In this document: positions 1 through 14,139 of the stretch, piece after piece
Position numbering within the stretch: position 1 is the first letter of the stretch
Layout of the letters: the number at the start of each line of letters is the position of its first letter
Assembly: GCA_013239625.1 (NCBI GenBank)
Contig: MU054132.1
Location: 372,001 to 436,000 of the forward strand
Direction: 5' to 3'
DNA from: Lama guanicoe
Taxonomy: Eukaryota
Length of the DNA stretch: 64,000 nucleotides
Translations under genes and position numbers: made by a program
The notes under the pieces: model-generated
What the model was told of the DNA's origin: nothing
The model's input: only the letters and a program-made list of their open reading frames with translations
The model's database searches: none

Positions 1-2929
1 TTTCTGCCAAGTTTCTGTAAATGACAAACTTTTAATTCTTAAAATTGAGGCTCAAATTAAGAATGACCTGCCTGATTCCTTCAGGGATGAGTGACAAGGG
101 CCCCAGGCTGGAAGAGCAGGCCCACATCTGTGAGGCCTCCCCAGAATCAGGCCTCCCTGATTCTGCACCCACCACAAAACTCCACAGCCGCTCACAGACG
201 GTTGGTGGGTTTCAGCACTTTCCCTGGCTGTGCGGCCTGAAGGTTTCACCCCTTTTTAGCAGAAGGGTGTTCTTCCCAGGCAGGCTCTCTAATAATAACG
301 GACCCAGACATTTGATTTCACATGGACTTGTCTACATAAGATTGTTTGTCGTCTGTCTTCCCTGCTAAATTGGAAGCTTCAAGAGGCCTGAACATCAGTT
401 CCCCAGCACCTGGCACATAACAACACCTGGACCAACAGCAAGGGAATGAATGACAACCTGGGGGAGGCAGGATACACATGCTAACTCCCCCCCTTACAGA
501 TAAGGTTCCCCTCCCCACGTTGTCTGAGCCTCCCAACAGTGCTCGTGTGTCAGGCATCACTAGGCTTGCCTCAAAGATGTAGGGACTGAAGCTCGGTGAC
601 ACCTAACTCAGGTCTGTGTGTGTCTGATTCCACACTCTTTCCATCTGGGGGACACAGACAACCAGAAGCCCAGTGCCCTGCTGCCACACATGCTGTGACT
701 CCTACCAATGTACCTGCTGTTCACCACTTACCTGTCTGTTCTATCCTCCCCTCTGACAAGTTTCTTTCCTGCAGAATGAGGGCAAAAATTCCAACCGTGC
801 CCACCTCCCAAGAGTGTGGTATTCTAACTAGATGCCATAGAACCAGAAGACTTCCCACTGGAAGGTGAGCTCTGGGTAGGGCTGGACTCAACTGTTATTC
901 ATCTCTGTTCTACTGTATTTTTTTATAATAACAACAGTCATAACAGTATGCCAGGTAATTGATTATTCAGGTAAATGAAAGCCTATTATTTAATCAGCAA
1001 AAAAATCTAACGAAGTCAACAGTGCTTTCTCCTTTCACAGATAAGAAAATTGGAGGCCAAGTGCTGTTAAACAACCCACCTGAGTCGCACCACTTGGAGT
1101 TGCCAGCGCCCAAAGGGTAGGGTGAGCCCCCACAGAACCTAGCCCTCTGCTCTGGCCCTAGTTCTGCCCCACCTCAATACACAGATGGTCTCAGTGGCAT
1201 CTAACGGCACTCAGCATCACATCAGGGGGTTGGCAGCTCTTCCCAGAGTCGCTTCAGAGAGACATGACCAAACTATCAGGATCCCCAGATGCAGCCATTT
1301 CTGGGCCAGGCACTCCAAGCCCAGGAAAGCATCACAAGGAGATAAAAGAGCAACGCATGTAGCAGTGTCCACAGCTGTATTCCTAGTAACAGGGGGAAGT
1401 GGAGCTATGAGGTGAATGTGGCCTGCCGGGCAGTGAGGCAGGCCAGCGGCCCATGCACCTGGCCAGAGTGGTCACTGAAGCAGCAACATGAAGGGCAGCA
1501 CCATGTGAGACAGAACAGGACTGCAAGGGGCATGGAGCCTACACACAGAACCGTGAATGAAACCATGGCAACGCCTTGAGTACAATGGTCACAGACCTCA
1601 CAGGCTCACACAAAAAGACCGTGGGCAGTGCTTCTTCCATTTCCTTTCATTCTGTTGTCAAAATGATCTAACAACAAAATGATTTAAAAACAAAAGCGAC
1701 ATGAGGAACCCAGCTGCCTGTGGCTCACTGTCTTGACTGTACTCACACCCCAACAGGCTCTCCTGCCCTTCACCTGGCCCTCAGGTCCGACACAGCCCAG
1801 TCGATGTTTAATGACCTTTCTCAAGCTTAGAAAAAACAAAAACAAAACCCAAAAGCCAGCCGTGCTGAGGCAAGAGGAGGGCAGACAGGCCTGCATACCC
1901 AGTGTCCCCCTGTGTCCCGGGAGGGACTGGGCTCAGCAGCCACACTGCAGGACGAGTGCCCTCCCCATCAGGCCAAAATCTCCCCCTGAATAATCAGCAT
2001 GAAAATTTCAGTTAAGAAATTAACTGATGGTGAATGGTGAGGTTACCCCCACCCCCTCACCCTGCCCCACCATTTCTCTTTTTTTGGAGGAGGAAGACGC
2101 CTCCTCCACCACAAAGCAGAACTCACAACCACTGGGACTTCCTCACCATGTGAGGCTCACTGCTGAAACATGAGCAAGCGGATCCCAACGGCAAATGGTA
2201 AGGTTGTTGAAGCTCAGAAGCCACTGTCTCAGCACTGCGGGGCTGGCCAGGATCCCCCTCCCCACAGCCTCACAGGGGACAGCCAGAGTCACCAGGCACA
2301 GCATGGCGGCTCAGCTAGTCAGCTGTAGGGAACGAAATACTGCCTGAAATCTCAGGTCCCGAGGACATGCGGCTGATGTCTGACCCTCTACAGGTCCTCC
2401 AGGCTGAAGTGCAAACAAGCTCCCCTTTGCGCTGGAACTCTGGCTGATGGATTCTGAGGCTGAGTCCGGGAGGGAGGTCCCAGGGAGCCTATCGTGTGCT
2501 CACAGAAGTAGCAAGCAGGGGCCTGAAAACCCTAGTGAGTGGCCCCTGAAATGACACCCCCCCACCTCCCCCCACACCTAGGTACCTGTTCACACTGATG
2601 CTGGCTGCCCTCAAATGGTTCCCCAAGAGCAACCAACGGGACCACACTGGTTTATTAAAAACCTGTGACCAACTAAAACACACAGCTCTTCTCCATGTGG
2701 ACAGGTGTCAAAGCACCCCCAGTTCACGCCTGAACAACGGTTTTGGCAACTTAATTGTCTTAGCAGACTTCACACACAGTAAAGTTCATCTTGTTGGCAT
2801 CGCTGCTGCCTATAAACTCTTAAATAAGCCCCTGGACACTTCCTAAAGGGCAGGTCTGCTTTTCCTTGAGAAAAATCTCAGCCCAGCCAACTCCCAAATC
2901 CATGTGCCTGTCCAGTTACTTCATTTCTT

Positions 2930-3082
2930 TTTTTTTTTACATTTTTATTGATTCATAATCATTTTACAGTGTTGTGTCAAATTCCAGTGTTCAGCACAAT
3001 TTTTCAGTCATTCATGGACATATACACACTCATTGTCACATTTTTTTCTCTGTGAGTTATCATAACATTTTGTGTATATTTC
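2930..3082 (-). mobile_element. Young 5'-truncated L1 3' end (camelid-type)
   Basis: PolyT tail, AATAAA on minus, perfect 13-bp TSD TACTTCATTTCTT at 2917-2929 and 3083-3095; homologous to 14332-14569. Confidence 0.85.
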
Positions 3083-6000
3083 TACTTCATTTCTTCATAC
3101 AGATATTTAGAGTGCCTCTGAGTCTCGTCACCTGGCAGACAGAAAGGTGACTAAGATGTGACAGCTGCCCTCGGGGAGCCAAGGGGCAGGTGAAAGGGGA
3201 AAGTAGACAGGTGAACAGAGAGCCCCACACAGCATGTCCAAAGTGAGGCCGGTGGCTTCCTGGCACTACAGAAATGCCAGTGACTAAGCTGAGGGGAAGA
3301 TGAAAACTGAGCTCACCTGGAGGAACACTCAACGCAGAGCAGGCAGGGCAGGGAGCACCGGAGTACCTGGAAGGAGTGAGTGTACTGAGCCTGGGCCCTG
3401 TGTCAGTGGAGAGAGCCGAGACCTCCAAGGTGTACTTGGAGGAGGAACCAGCATGGGAAGGCCTGGCCCACAGGCTACAGACTTTATCCTGCAAGCACTG
3501 CGGAGCCTGCTAAAGTCGAGGACAGGCAGGGAGGGGGCAAACAATGTGATTAGAGTGTTATTTATACAGAGCTTGCAGAGAGAGCCAGAAAGGAAAGGGC
3601 AAGGGTCACTGGTTGAAGCCACTAGAAAAACAAGCCGGGTACGGGTCAAGAAAGCCACCCTCGTATCCCAAGAACAGCAGATGGCAGTTGCCTCTGAATC
3701 TGTCTGGAAGGACAGCCCCTTCCAGCGGCTCTGTGCCATCTTGTGCTCACAAAGCTCCACACAGTTCACTTGTCCACACAGGGCCTCTGGCCCCCACAAC
3801 TACCCTGGGACCAGGCACTACCACCCCGTCCAAACGAAGAGGTTCAGAATCACCAAGGGACTTACTCAGTGGCTCATAGCTAATAAAAGATAAGGCCAGC
3901 ATTTAAACTGAGGTTTTCCGATTGCATCATGCTTCCAAACTCTTTCAAATAAATAGCCCCGAGGCTTGGGTGTGCTTTCTGCACAATAGCCAGAGAAGTG
4001 TGACCATGTCCATTATCAAATGAGAACAGTAACAAAATCACAAACTGTTAGGGCTGCAAAGACCTCAGATATCAACCAGTACAACATGAACTAGATCCAG
4101 TGGCCCAGGGAACGTGTTATAAATAAAACTGATCAAATCACAATCTTCCAGGGTAGGGCCTGGGAATCTGAATATTCCAAGAGCCGGCCCACTCCCAGGT
4201 CACACTTCTACCACATGGCCTGACTGAGGAGCCTCTGAGTCAGATCACATCCCTCCTCTTGAAGAGGCTGACCCAGGGGAGGACATGACCTGTAGGAGGC
4301 CACCCCAAGCTGCCTGAGGGCCTACAGTGGTTGCCACGGTGGGCTCCGGATCAGAGCAGGCAGGATGAGAAGAAACACAGACAAATTGCTCATGCAATGC
4401 AAATGTCCTGAGGGCCACAGGAGACCCAGGGAAAATGTGCAGCACAAGAAGGGCAAGAGCCCGGGCTAGACTAGACCTCAGGTTCTTGATTTCAGTTTGT
4501 CTGGTATGTTGTCTACTTTGCCATGCTGCATGGAGCCATGGAGGAAGGTGACTGGAACTGGAGTTCCCAAGTCATTCAATGGGCAGTGCAGTGCCCATGC
4601 CCCTCCCTTACTTAGGAAGGCTCCATGGGTAGCCCTGGGGGAGGAAGAGCCAGCTGCACTACAAAGAAGCTGGAAGTGCCCCCCACTCACTGTCCCAGCT
4701 TGGGGGAGGGGGCCAGCAGCAGACTTCTCTCTGGCAGCAGTGGCAGCGGAGCAAGCTGCAGTCCCTAGTACCTGAAGCCAGCAGTGGGTTTTTTGCCAAG
4801 CTATTTTCCTGTGAAATGCTGGGTTTCTTCCTGGCTGTGTACCTCCAAGGTAGGCTCTCTCTTTTTAAAAAAAAAAAAAAATGAACAAACAGACCAGCCA
4901 GAATAGATTTCTCTTGCTTGCAACTAAGTATCTTGGCTACACAAGACCATTTATAGCAACAGGCTAACAACAAATTAGGAGCACCACTTTAAGCATTCCA
5001 AGTTGTCTTAGATTCCCCGGCTCATCTGATCCACAAGAAGATCCTGGATGCAAGCTGGGCAAAGGTTTCGACGCCCAGTTTGCAAATGGAGAAGCTGGGC
5101 TCAGGATGTACAGTGTTCTGTGGACTTGGTCCCAGCAACCCCCAAGTCCATCACAAAGGCCAGTGGCTAATGTAGGCAAGCTAAGCCATTCACCTGGCCT
5201 GGGGACCCTCTTGCCATCCCTCCATCCCAACCCGGAGCAGAGCCTGAAACATTCAGGGCCCCAACACTGGCACCCGAGTTCGAAAAGCAAATCCTTTACA
5301 AGTCATTTCCCAGGCAAGTCAGCAGTTTACAGAGCAACAGAGTGCTCTGAAGCTCCTAGGAGACTAGAAGCTATTTTAACCTCTGATCAGCTGCTTCTCG
5401 GAGTGTCATAGTCTGAGAAGTAAAGGTAAGACAGCTGTCTCTTCTCTGGTGTGACCGCCAAGTGATAAAATCCTAATTAAAGCCAAATTTAAACTACAAG
5501 CCAGAACTGGCACATTTATTTGTGGAGGAAAATATTGCTTAAACAAGGGCTTTTAGTCCTCACCTACACATACTTCCTCTGGAAGCAAAGCATATTTTTT
5601 TAACCATGTGCTGGGCTGAAAGGCTGAGAAGGCAGAGCCACACAAGGAAGTGGTGCTGCGGGACTCGGCCAAGTTCTTGAGCTTCTCAGAGTTTCCAAAA
5701 CTGCAGAGGGGCGGTAAGTGAGGTAGCGCCTGTGACGTGCTGAGCTCTGTGCTGTGGCTGGACTAAGAAGTCCTTGAGCAGTAGGCGACAACCACGGTGA
5801 TGATGGTGGTGGGGCCCAATGCTCTGGCCTGTGCCTTCAGTATGAGGCCCTCAAAATTCCACCGCCCAAGTGAGGCCTGCTCCCCTGACCCCACCCCCAC
5901 CACTGGAAAGGGTCACACAACAGATTCCCCGCATGCATGCCTCTCCCTCCCTCACTTCACCCAGAGCAGCCACCACCAGTGTTGTCTCAAGGAAAACCTA

Positions 6001-7189
6001 GCCTTTGCCCTTGAGCTAACCAGTTTAGAAGGGTAGATCCTACGTGCATGCAGAGGACCTCAGTCCAGGTCAGAAAAGCTAGCCTCAGTGTGCAGGGACC
6101 TGGGGGCGGGGGGGCTTCCGCAGGGGGTCTCCCCAAATTCTGACACCTCCACATCTGCCTGTTCTGCCCCTGCCCCTCCCCTTCTCCCAGGCCTCCAGAT
6201 AGCCATCCCCTCTCCATGCACTCCACTCAACCCCTCCTCAAGTGTTTTCTCAGTCCCTTCACTCAGCCCCTCCTCCACGTCGAAGTATGCCACCTGAGGC
6301 ACAAAGCCCAAATAGGGACAGGACCCAAAACAAAGGCCAACCAATGAGATACAGCGGGGAAGTGGATTTACACTGGGTTCAGAACTCCCTCCTCCATGTG
6401 GCCTACTATGTACAAATGTCACCCCAGCCCCTGCTGGAAGGAAGCCCTCTCTCCAGGACACTCGCAGCGCTCAGGCACCCCTCTGCAGTGCACAGCAGTA
6501 CAAGGTATTATAACCAGGTGTGCATGGGTCAGTCACCCCACTGACCTCAGTCCCCAAGCCCTTCCCAGGCCCAGCCCACAGCAGGTGCTCCTCAGTAAGA
6601 GTAAGGACAGCAGGTGCACAAGAAGGGCTCCAAAACTGACTCCTCACCCCAAACTGCTCAGCTTTCAGCCTCACTCCCTAACGAATCATGGACTCCTGGA
6701 CCCAGGGCAGGAAAGTTCTGCTCTCACCAGAGGACTGCCTCTCCCAGGGAACCAAACACACAGGTGCTCTTTCTTTAGGATTCAAATTGCCCTGCCAGAA
6801 ATCTAGTGCTGCCCTGCCCTGAACACAATGTGGAGGGGGCCAGGGAGCGCCGTCCTTGAAAGGACAAATGTTTCCTGCTCCAGCCACTCACAATTTTCTC
6901 TAAACAGAGCAGCTCTTGAGAGCCCTGAATCAAAACAGCCCTGGAGTGTGGATTTTACTCCCCACGGGGTGTCGTTACCGCAGCAACTGTTTTTCCTCTT
7001 GGAATTCTCTCAAGAGTACAAGCTGTTGCCTCCCTCCAAAGCAAACCCGGGGAGAAGCCAGGACACCAGGGAATAAGGAAAGGGCCCTGAAGGAGGGAGG
7101 GCCAGACGTGATCAAGCCACATCAAGCTTTGCCATGGGGTCTCCCAAATCTCTGCAACGGCTTAGAAACTAGAAATGGCGAGTCTTTCC

Positions 7190-7512
7190 CATTAGGGGAG
7201 GGTTGTGTGAGCTGGGGAGGTGACAGTTCTGAGGGCATGGGGTGTGGTGCACGTGGTTTTGGGAAGGTATGGCATGGGGGTACTGAGGGGGTGGGAATAT
7301 GGGGGTAGGAGGTTTACTCAGGGAGGGGGTTGTTGTTTGGGATGTACAGGGAGGAGTGTGGGTAGAGGGGCTGTGGAAGTGTGAGGAGGTATGGGATGCC
7401 ATGTATGTAAGGGAGTTGGATGGGGGTTGGAGGGTGTGGGGGGTACACTGCTGTATGCATGTGTGCTGCAGATGGGTTGGGGAAATGTGAGGGTGTGGGT
7501 TGGGGGGAGGTG
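7190..7512 (+). repeat. G/T-rich low-complexity tract (G-quadruplex-prone)
   Basis: Dense GGG/GGGG runs with very few C on the plus strand. Confidence 0.6.
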
Positions 7513-8164
7513 TTCTTCAGTACCCCAAGATGAAACATAGGGCATATCTTCCCTGAAACAAGGACATGAACTACATTTCAATTCCGTATTACAGTACTTA
7601 GTACTACAAATCAACCACATCCCAGCCCAAGGGTCTGCAGGGGTCAATTTATTTAAGTTTGAAACAAATGACCTAGAAGCAACTGCTTGAGGCAACTCAT
7701 ATTTCTAGTCAGAACACCCCAGTCGGCCGGTCCAGAGCACAGAAAGAGAGTGGATGGCAAGTCCAAGCAGGTTTGGGGAGCTGGGCTCTACAGGTCCCTG
7801 CCCTCCCTGGGAGTCTATGTTGAGTCCCCGACTGGTGCACAAAGCCAAGAGGTTCAGAGTCATGGGACACAGAACACCCAGAACACTGTCACTGCATGGA
7901 ATGCCTGAATGCTTTCACAAGGTAAGTTTGAGCTGTCCCTTCCCCAAGCAGCCACCTATCTACTGAGGGGCTGGCATGAACTGGGACTCAGTAACCGAAA
8001 AAAAAAAAAAGTTACTACAACTATTATTGTAGTAACTACAACTATTATCAAGATGTTGTGGGAGGTTAGCAGTATGTCTTATCTAGGATATGCCAACCAT
8101 TCTCAAGGAAATAGTCTTCTCTCTAAAAAACAAATGCCAAATAATAAACAATACTGAGTCACTG

Positions 8165-8545
8165 ATATACATACGGAGGGAGGAAAATCTTGACCTCTAC
8201 CTCACACCATACAGAAGTAAATAAATTCTAGGTGGACTGGCAATCTAACAGTGAAAGGTAAAACAAGAAAACTCCTAGAATGTAACATAAGAGAATACCT
8301 TCAGGACCTAGAGTACGTAACCACTGCCTTAAACAGGCTACAGAAGGGATTGGGGGGAAAATGATAAACTGGGCTACGTTAAATTAAGAACCTCTGTTCA
8401 TCAAAGAATGCAATTAAAAGCATGAAGAGTCAAGGCTCAGAGGGGGAGAAGATAGCTGCAGTACACATGTAGAACACGACTCGCCCAGGATTAGAATAAA
8501 GAACTAAAAATCAACAGGAAAAAGTGTCAGGCAACACAAATTCTT
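8165..8545 (+). mobile_element. Ancient L1 ORF2 fragment (L1ME-like)
   Basis: CTTGACCTCTACCTCACACCATAC...AAATTAAGAACCTCTGTTCATCAAAG resemble L1 ORF2 3' sequence. Confidence 0.7.
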
Positions 8546-9959
8546 TTGCTGCAAAAGCTAACAGAAAGATTAAAAACCAGCTTGAATTTCAAGATTCCTC
8601 TGCTTTCTAATTTCCTGTCCGCCATCAATGAGGCCTTGGCAAAACCTGGTTACATCTTGTAAGGCCACAGAAGTCACCAGAAGGGGAGACTGAGGCCTGA
8701 ACAACCGTGTCAGTGGAGGAGCGAGAAAGAGGGACCTGGTCTTCTGGCTTCCTGTCCAGCGCCCCTTCTGCTCCATGAGGCTGCCTCAGCCACCACAGGT
8801 GAGCTAAACAGGAAAGGAGCCAGAGCAGCTATGCATCTACCTCCCGGGGAAACATCTACCTCCCGAGACTCACTCCCTTGCCCAGGCCTGCAGTTTCTCC
8901 CCGGGATATGAGACCAAGCTGAGGGAAGGTGTCCTTCTCTGCCCCTTGGCCCACAGCATAGCCCCTCCCCGCACAACTCCAAGGGGCAGCCAGCACCCAG
9001 CCCACCCCATCAGGACACAGCCGTGAGGTGGTGGGATTCCCGGTGCCCATCTCCGGGGGTGGTCCTGCGTGACTCAGTACAGTCCCTGACCCTCTCTGGG
9101 TCTCTGCTACCTCACCCATAAAATAAAGGAGCCCTCACTAGAGGAAGAACACGAGTATAGCGGAAAGAACAAAGGCACATACACACCTCTCATTTCTCAA
9201 CCCCTTTCTGCACACACCATCTCACTTCATCTTCCTCCCAGGAGGTAGGGGTTCCTGGGGCCCTCTTCCAGCTGAAGGAACGCCAAAAGACTTATCTATC
9301 TCCTGGTCTCAGAGTTGGCAGAGCCAGGTGGCAGAAGCAATCTGTCCAGACAACCCCTGGTACAGGGAACCTGAGGGAAGCCACCAGCCTGACTCAGAAG
9401 CAGCACTGGGTTCACACGGGAGTGGCCCTCAGGGTCTGCCCACCTACAAGGACAGGGCGGGGTGGGGTGGGGTTGGGTGGGGGGAGGACAGGAAGGCCAC
9501 CAGCCCCACAACACTGGGCCAGCCTAGAGAGCAAAGCCACAGGGGCACTGCCTCAGCTGCTGCCATCTCTCCTGAGGGATCAGTGAGTCTTACAGTTGGG
9601 ATGGGTGAAGACTTAAAACAGCGGAAAGGAGGCCCAATTCACAGTGAGGCTATAGCTGGACTGACCTCAGTCCAGCTGGCCTGGACTCCACTGGTACCCT
9701 CCCCTCTCATGCACATTTCCTTGAAACAGCTGCACCAAGCTCACCAACCAGCCTGTCCTGCCCAAACCCATCCCAGTCCTTACCTGGCTTCTCTCAGCCC
9801 CACTGCCCCCTCCCTCCAAGTTTCCTCTGAGGACTCCGCCGAACGCCTCCAGGGTGAGCCTCAGGGCACTGACTGTCCCCCTCTCCTCCACCTTTGCTCT
9901 CTACCCAGCGGACCTCATCTAGCCCGAGGGCTTCAAATCCTACTACACAAGCATCTCTC

Positions 9960-10560
9960 TGCAGTTCAGACACCTGCCTAACAGTACTCCTCCACTTAGA
10001 TGTCTAATAGTCATCTCAGGCCTAACGTGGCCCAAACCGGACTCCTGATTTCTCCTTCAAAACCACCCCCCTGACTTACCTCAGGAATAGGCCCCGCCAT
10101 CCACCTAGCTTGCTCACCCCCATAGTCCATCCTCCAGAATGTCTCGTAACCCTGTCCAAGTGCCACTGCCTCCCACCTGGGCTAACGCGTCCAGCCCCTG
10201 TGGCCCCAGCCTCCCAGGGCGCCTCTACTCTCTCATCCCCACAACCTTGACTCTACTCCTGCCACACAGGGATTCTTTCTGCCCCTCAAACAAGCCAAGC
10301 TAGTCCTCTACCTGGACTTGGAGCGTCCTTCCCTAGATCTTGGTATCCCTACCCCTACCCCAACCCCTTGATTGCATGTCTCCCACTCAGAGAGATCTTC
10401 CCATCCTAGGGCAGCCACGCAGCCCCTCCCCCCACCCCACCTACTCCTCAAACACTATCTTCCCGGTTTGCTCGTAGTTAACCGCCTATCTGCCCCTTCC
10501 ATGTAAGCCCCTTGGGGCAGGGAGGCAGTCTTATTCATAGGCTGGATCCCCAGGGCTTGG
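9960..10560 (+). mobile_element. L2 LINE fragment
   Basis: CTCCACTTAGATGTCTAATAGTCATCTCAGGCCTAACGTGGCCCAAACCGGACTCCTGAT typical of L2; C/T-rich. Confidence 0.6.
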
Positions 10561-10659
10561 CTGGCTGCAGAGCTCCTGCAGAGAGGAGGGCAGGAGTGCT
10601 CCAGGGAGAGGAGGTGTTCTACTTCCTTTCATCAAGGGAGAAAGTCAACGTAGTGATCA

Positions 10660-10830
10660 GAGATTTCCAGAAAAATGCTGTATCAGAGTCATCCAGGGAA
10701 CTTTAAAAATGCCTGGATTTCTAGGCTCTATTCCAAGAGCCCGACAGGAGGTCTGGGATGGGGCCTGAGAAGAGATTGCAAATTGTCTCCCCAGGTGATC
10801 CTGACGCACAGGTAGGTCTGAGAACCTCTG
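10660..10830. mobile_element. MER5-like DNA transposon fossil
   Basis: GGTCTGGGATGGGGCCTGAGAA...CTCCCCAGGTGATCCTGACGCACAGG...TGAGAACCTCTG. Confidence 0.6.
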
Positions 10831-11364
10831 ACTGATCCAACATCTTTATTTTACACATGAACAAGTCAAGGCCTTCTGAAGGGATGACTCAGTCCAAAGT
10901 TTCAACACTGGTTCAACACATATTTCTGTCAGAAGCCCAAACATCCTACCCATAAGGTTCTCCCTCCCACTGGCTCTATGACCTCAGGGTCTGAGCAGAG
11001 GTGGAGAAGAGGTCAGTCCTTAGGATCAATGGGAACTGCACACTTCACCTAGGTTGCAGCTCTGCAAATCCACTTTTTTTGTTAATCTAACATTCTGCAC
11101 TAAAAATGAATTCCACCTTCAATGAATTAGGGCTAGGCTGAATAAAGTCAGGGGACCAAGAGGATATCCTCTTTGCTTCCATCAGAAACGGGGCTGGCTT
11201 CACGCACTGTCACCCTGCAGAGAGGGCGGGAGGACCACCTAACTCCCCCACTTCCAAGAGGGTGGGGGAGAAAGAACAGACACCCACATTTATAAAAGAC
11301 CCTGAGCTGGACACTTCTCAGACCTCTTTCTCTGTATTCCCAGCTACTGATGAGTTCAGAAGCC

Positions 11365-11480
11365 ATGTCTGGATTTTACAGACAGGGATAGGAAGGCTCA
11401 GAGGTTTAGCGATCTGCTCTGGTTCCACAGACAAATGGAGCTGGGATTTAAACCAGATAGTCTGGCTCCAAAACACATGC
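11365..11480 (-). mobile_element. MIR SINE
   Basis: ATTTTACAGACAGGG...GGCTCAGAGG...GAGCTGGGATTTAAACCAGATAGTCTGGCTCCA. Confidence 0.6.
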
Positions 11481-12376
11481 TCTCCACTACGCCACATGGC
11501 TCCCACCAGGCAGCCTGATGGCAATTTCTGTGTGTGATGGGAAGGGGACCCCATCCTGGGGGCTGCTTGTTCCTAAGCACCTGGCGGTGAAGAGAGGAGG
11601 GATACAGGGCCAGGGCTTAAGGGACCATCCAGGGGTGGCCACATCTCAAAGCACTGACTCAAGAGGTCCCTTCAGCCCCAGGTTTCCTGGTCTATTAAAT
11701 AGGGAGAAACTAATACCTACCTCAAAGGGCTGCTTCGGGGACTGAACAAGTAGTGAGATCCTGTCACAATCAGCTACGTAAATGTGACTGCCACCCTGCA
11801 AAAGGCTGTCAATGCAGGAGGCATTGGCCTCCTCAAGTGACTTAGTGATCAGGCTGTTAGGCATGGGGATGTGACCACAAAGGGTGGGGACAGAGACAAC
11901 TTCCTGAGATAAACAGGACACAGACAAGTTGGACTCCTCACCCAGCACACTGGGCTCTCCTCCACACTCAACTGCCCCCTACAACACTCACCAGCCTTTC
12001 CCTTCAGCAACCTCTTCTGCCCTCACAACCCGCATCGGGCAGGACCTTTCCTGGTGCACCCAAGTCAGAAAGTATCAATGAGCTTCCCTCTGCTTTGGCA
12101 CTACTTGAGTGTGAAGCTTACAACTGTACTGCTGAATGGTCAGCGCTGAATTCCACTGGGCACACACACATCTCAGGAATAAGCTTCAGGTGGAGACACT
12201 GGCCATGATGATAGACAACTTCAAAGCCCTCTGCCCCAACTCGAGGCTCCCTGAGGCTGATCTGATGGTCATCTGGGTTTCCACCTACCCTCTCCCTCTT
12301 AGCTCTCAATAAATGGAACTTCAGGTAGAGACACAGTCTCTTATGAGTGGGACTAGAGGGAGTTAAGTCCTCCAGC

Positions 12377-12578
12377 GATGTATTGTCCTGTAAGGCAGCC
12401 ATAAGTCAAGTGTGATTGTTTAAATGTAAATTAGTTAAAATCAAATAAAATTAATGATGTGTTAGCCACACTTCAAGAGGCCAAGAACCACGTGTGGCTA
12501 GCGGCTACGGCACTGAACAGCACAGATTATGTGTAGAACACTGCCACCATAACACAAAGTTCTACTGAACAGAGCTGC
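12377..12578 (-). mobile_element. MER3-like hAT-Charlie DNA transposon fossil
   Basis: CCACGTGTGGCTAGCGGCTAC, AT-rich core and AAAGTTCTACTGAACAG match recalled MER3 consensus. Confidence 0.7.
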
Positions 12579-14139
12579 TCCGGTCTCAAGAACCAAGTGA
12601 AAAACAGGAATTGCTCTTGAACCTGCAAGCTGACAGCCAGACATTGGCCCTGAGGTCACACCCAACCCCTGAGGGGCTGGCCAGGCAGACAACCAGTCTC
12701 CCTCTGTCTCAAGGTAGAAAGACACAGGCCAAATGTCAGGAGAGCCAACAGCCAAGGGGCAAGTGTTTGTGCCAAGTTAATCACCCTTAGAAGATTTGGC
12801 TACCGAGGAAGAGGTCAGACAAGGAAGTGGCCTCACAGTTCCCAGCTGGACAGCACCATAGAAAGATGCCACGGAACTTCATCTACAGCCTTGAACTGTT
12901 TGTTCACCTACTCACCCAGCTTGGAACTTCTGGATGAGCATCAAGAAATGAGGTTCAAATACAATACCGAAATATGTGTTTCCCGGGCAGGTTGGCTGCC
13001 CTCCTGGCTGGAAGCCCTGGCTCCTGCAGAACTTGGCCACCAACGAACCCAGCGGCACTTTTAGACCTCACTCCTGTCCCAGTCACTGCCAGCTGCTTGC
13101 TGTCAAATCCTCTGAGGCATCCCCACTGTCCCCTCCGTGCTCCTAAAGGTTCCTATCTCTGAACTGCTCCCCGGAACATTCCTTTCCAGCTACTTTAATA
13201 CTTCCATCCCAGTCCCATCCACCGCGGCTCAGCCCACATTCCATTCTGCCTTCCCAGGAAGTGTCCCCAGACCCAGCCTGACTTTCCCAGGAAATGAACC
13301 CCAGCAGTACAGTCTAATATCGTATGTGGTCTTTCCCGTCAGCCTGGGCTGGCTGACCTACAGGATGCTGCTACAGGCAGGGCTGCAATCTGCATATAGC
13401 CCCCTCCAGAGCAGGTCTTTCTTGATCTGGATCCAGGAGTCACTTATGTTCCATGACCTTAGGCACCTCTGAACCTCTTCTTGTCTTGCCCCCTCAAATC
13501 AGTCATGTCAGGTGGGCTAGCAAGGAAGCACTTTGTAAAACTGCAGAGCTGCCCAACAATGACAGAGCCTTACTGCTGAATAATACACAGAAATCTTAAG
13601 ACCCTAATCTTGTTTCCACCTGTCACAGTCTCAGAACTGATTCTTCCACACTGCACTAGGTTTGAGTTTATAGTCTGGTAGGGGGAGAGGAAAAAGATAA
13701 TATTACGAGGAAAATCAACCCCATGCCAGAAACCCTGATGCCTCCAAGAAAACCATGCACACAGGAGGTATCTGTGAAGTACCTGCCACCGAGTGCTAGG
13801 TGACCAGCAGGGAGCCACCCTACAGGGCAGACAGGCACTCTCCATCAGCACAGGCAGGCTGAGGCAGCACTCGACCCTGGAGTTGGTCCCACAGGGGCCT
13901 CATCCTCACAAAAAGGACTGATCTAAAAGCGGGGCACCACTTCCTCCTTGAGGGAGGAGATCCCTTGCTTCCTATCTGCCGGCAGCAGGCAGGCTGTTCT
14001 TCCTCCCCAGCCTCACCACTGACAAGTCCCACAAGAAACGACTATGGGCTGGAAAATTAACTTGGACTTTAGACCCTTGACTGTCTTTTCCCCAGACATC
14101 TACCCTAATAGTAATGTCACTCAAGAACTGTGGAGATTA

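Noticed and set aside
3300..3893. 197-aa plus-strand ORF
   Set aside because: No recognisable homology, lies among old L2/MIR-like sequence in the CCDC12 intron, no splice or promoter support
9328..9981. 217-aa GTG-started ORF
   Set aside because: GC-rich low-complexity chance ORF that includes a (GGGGT)n tract
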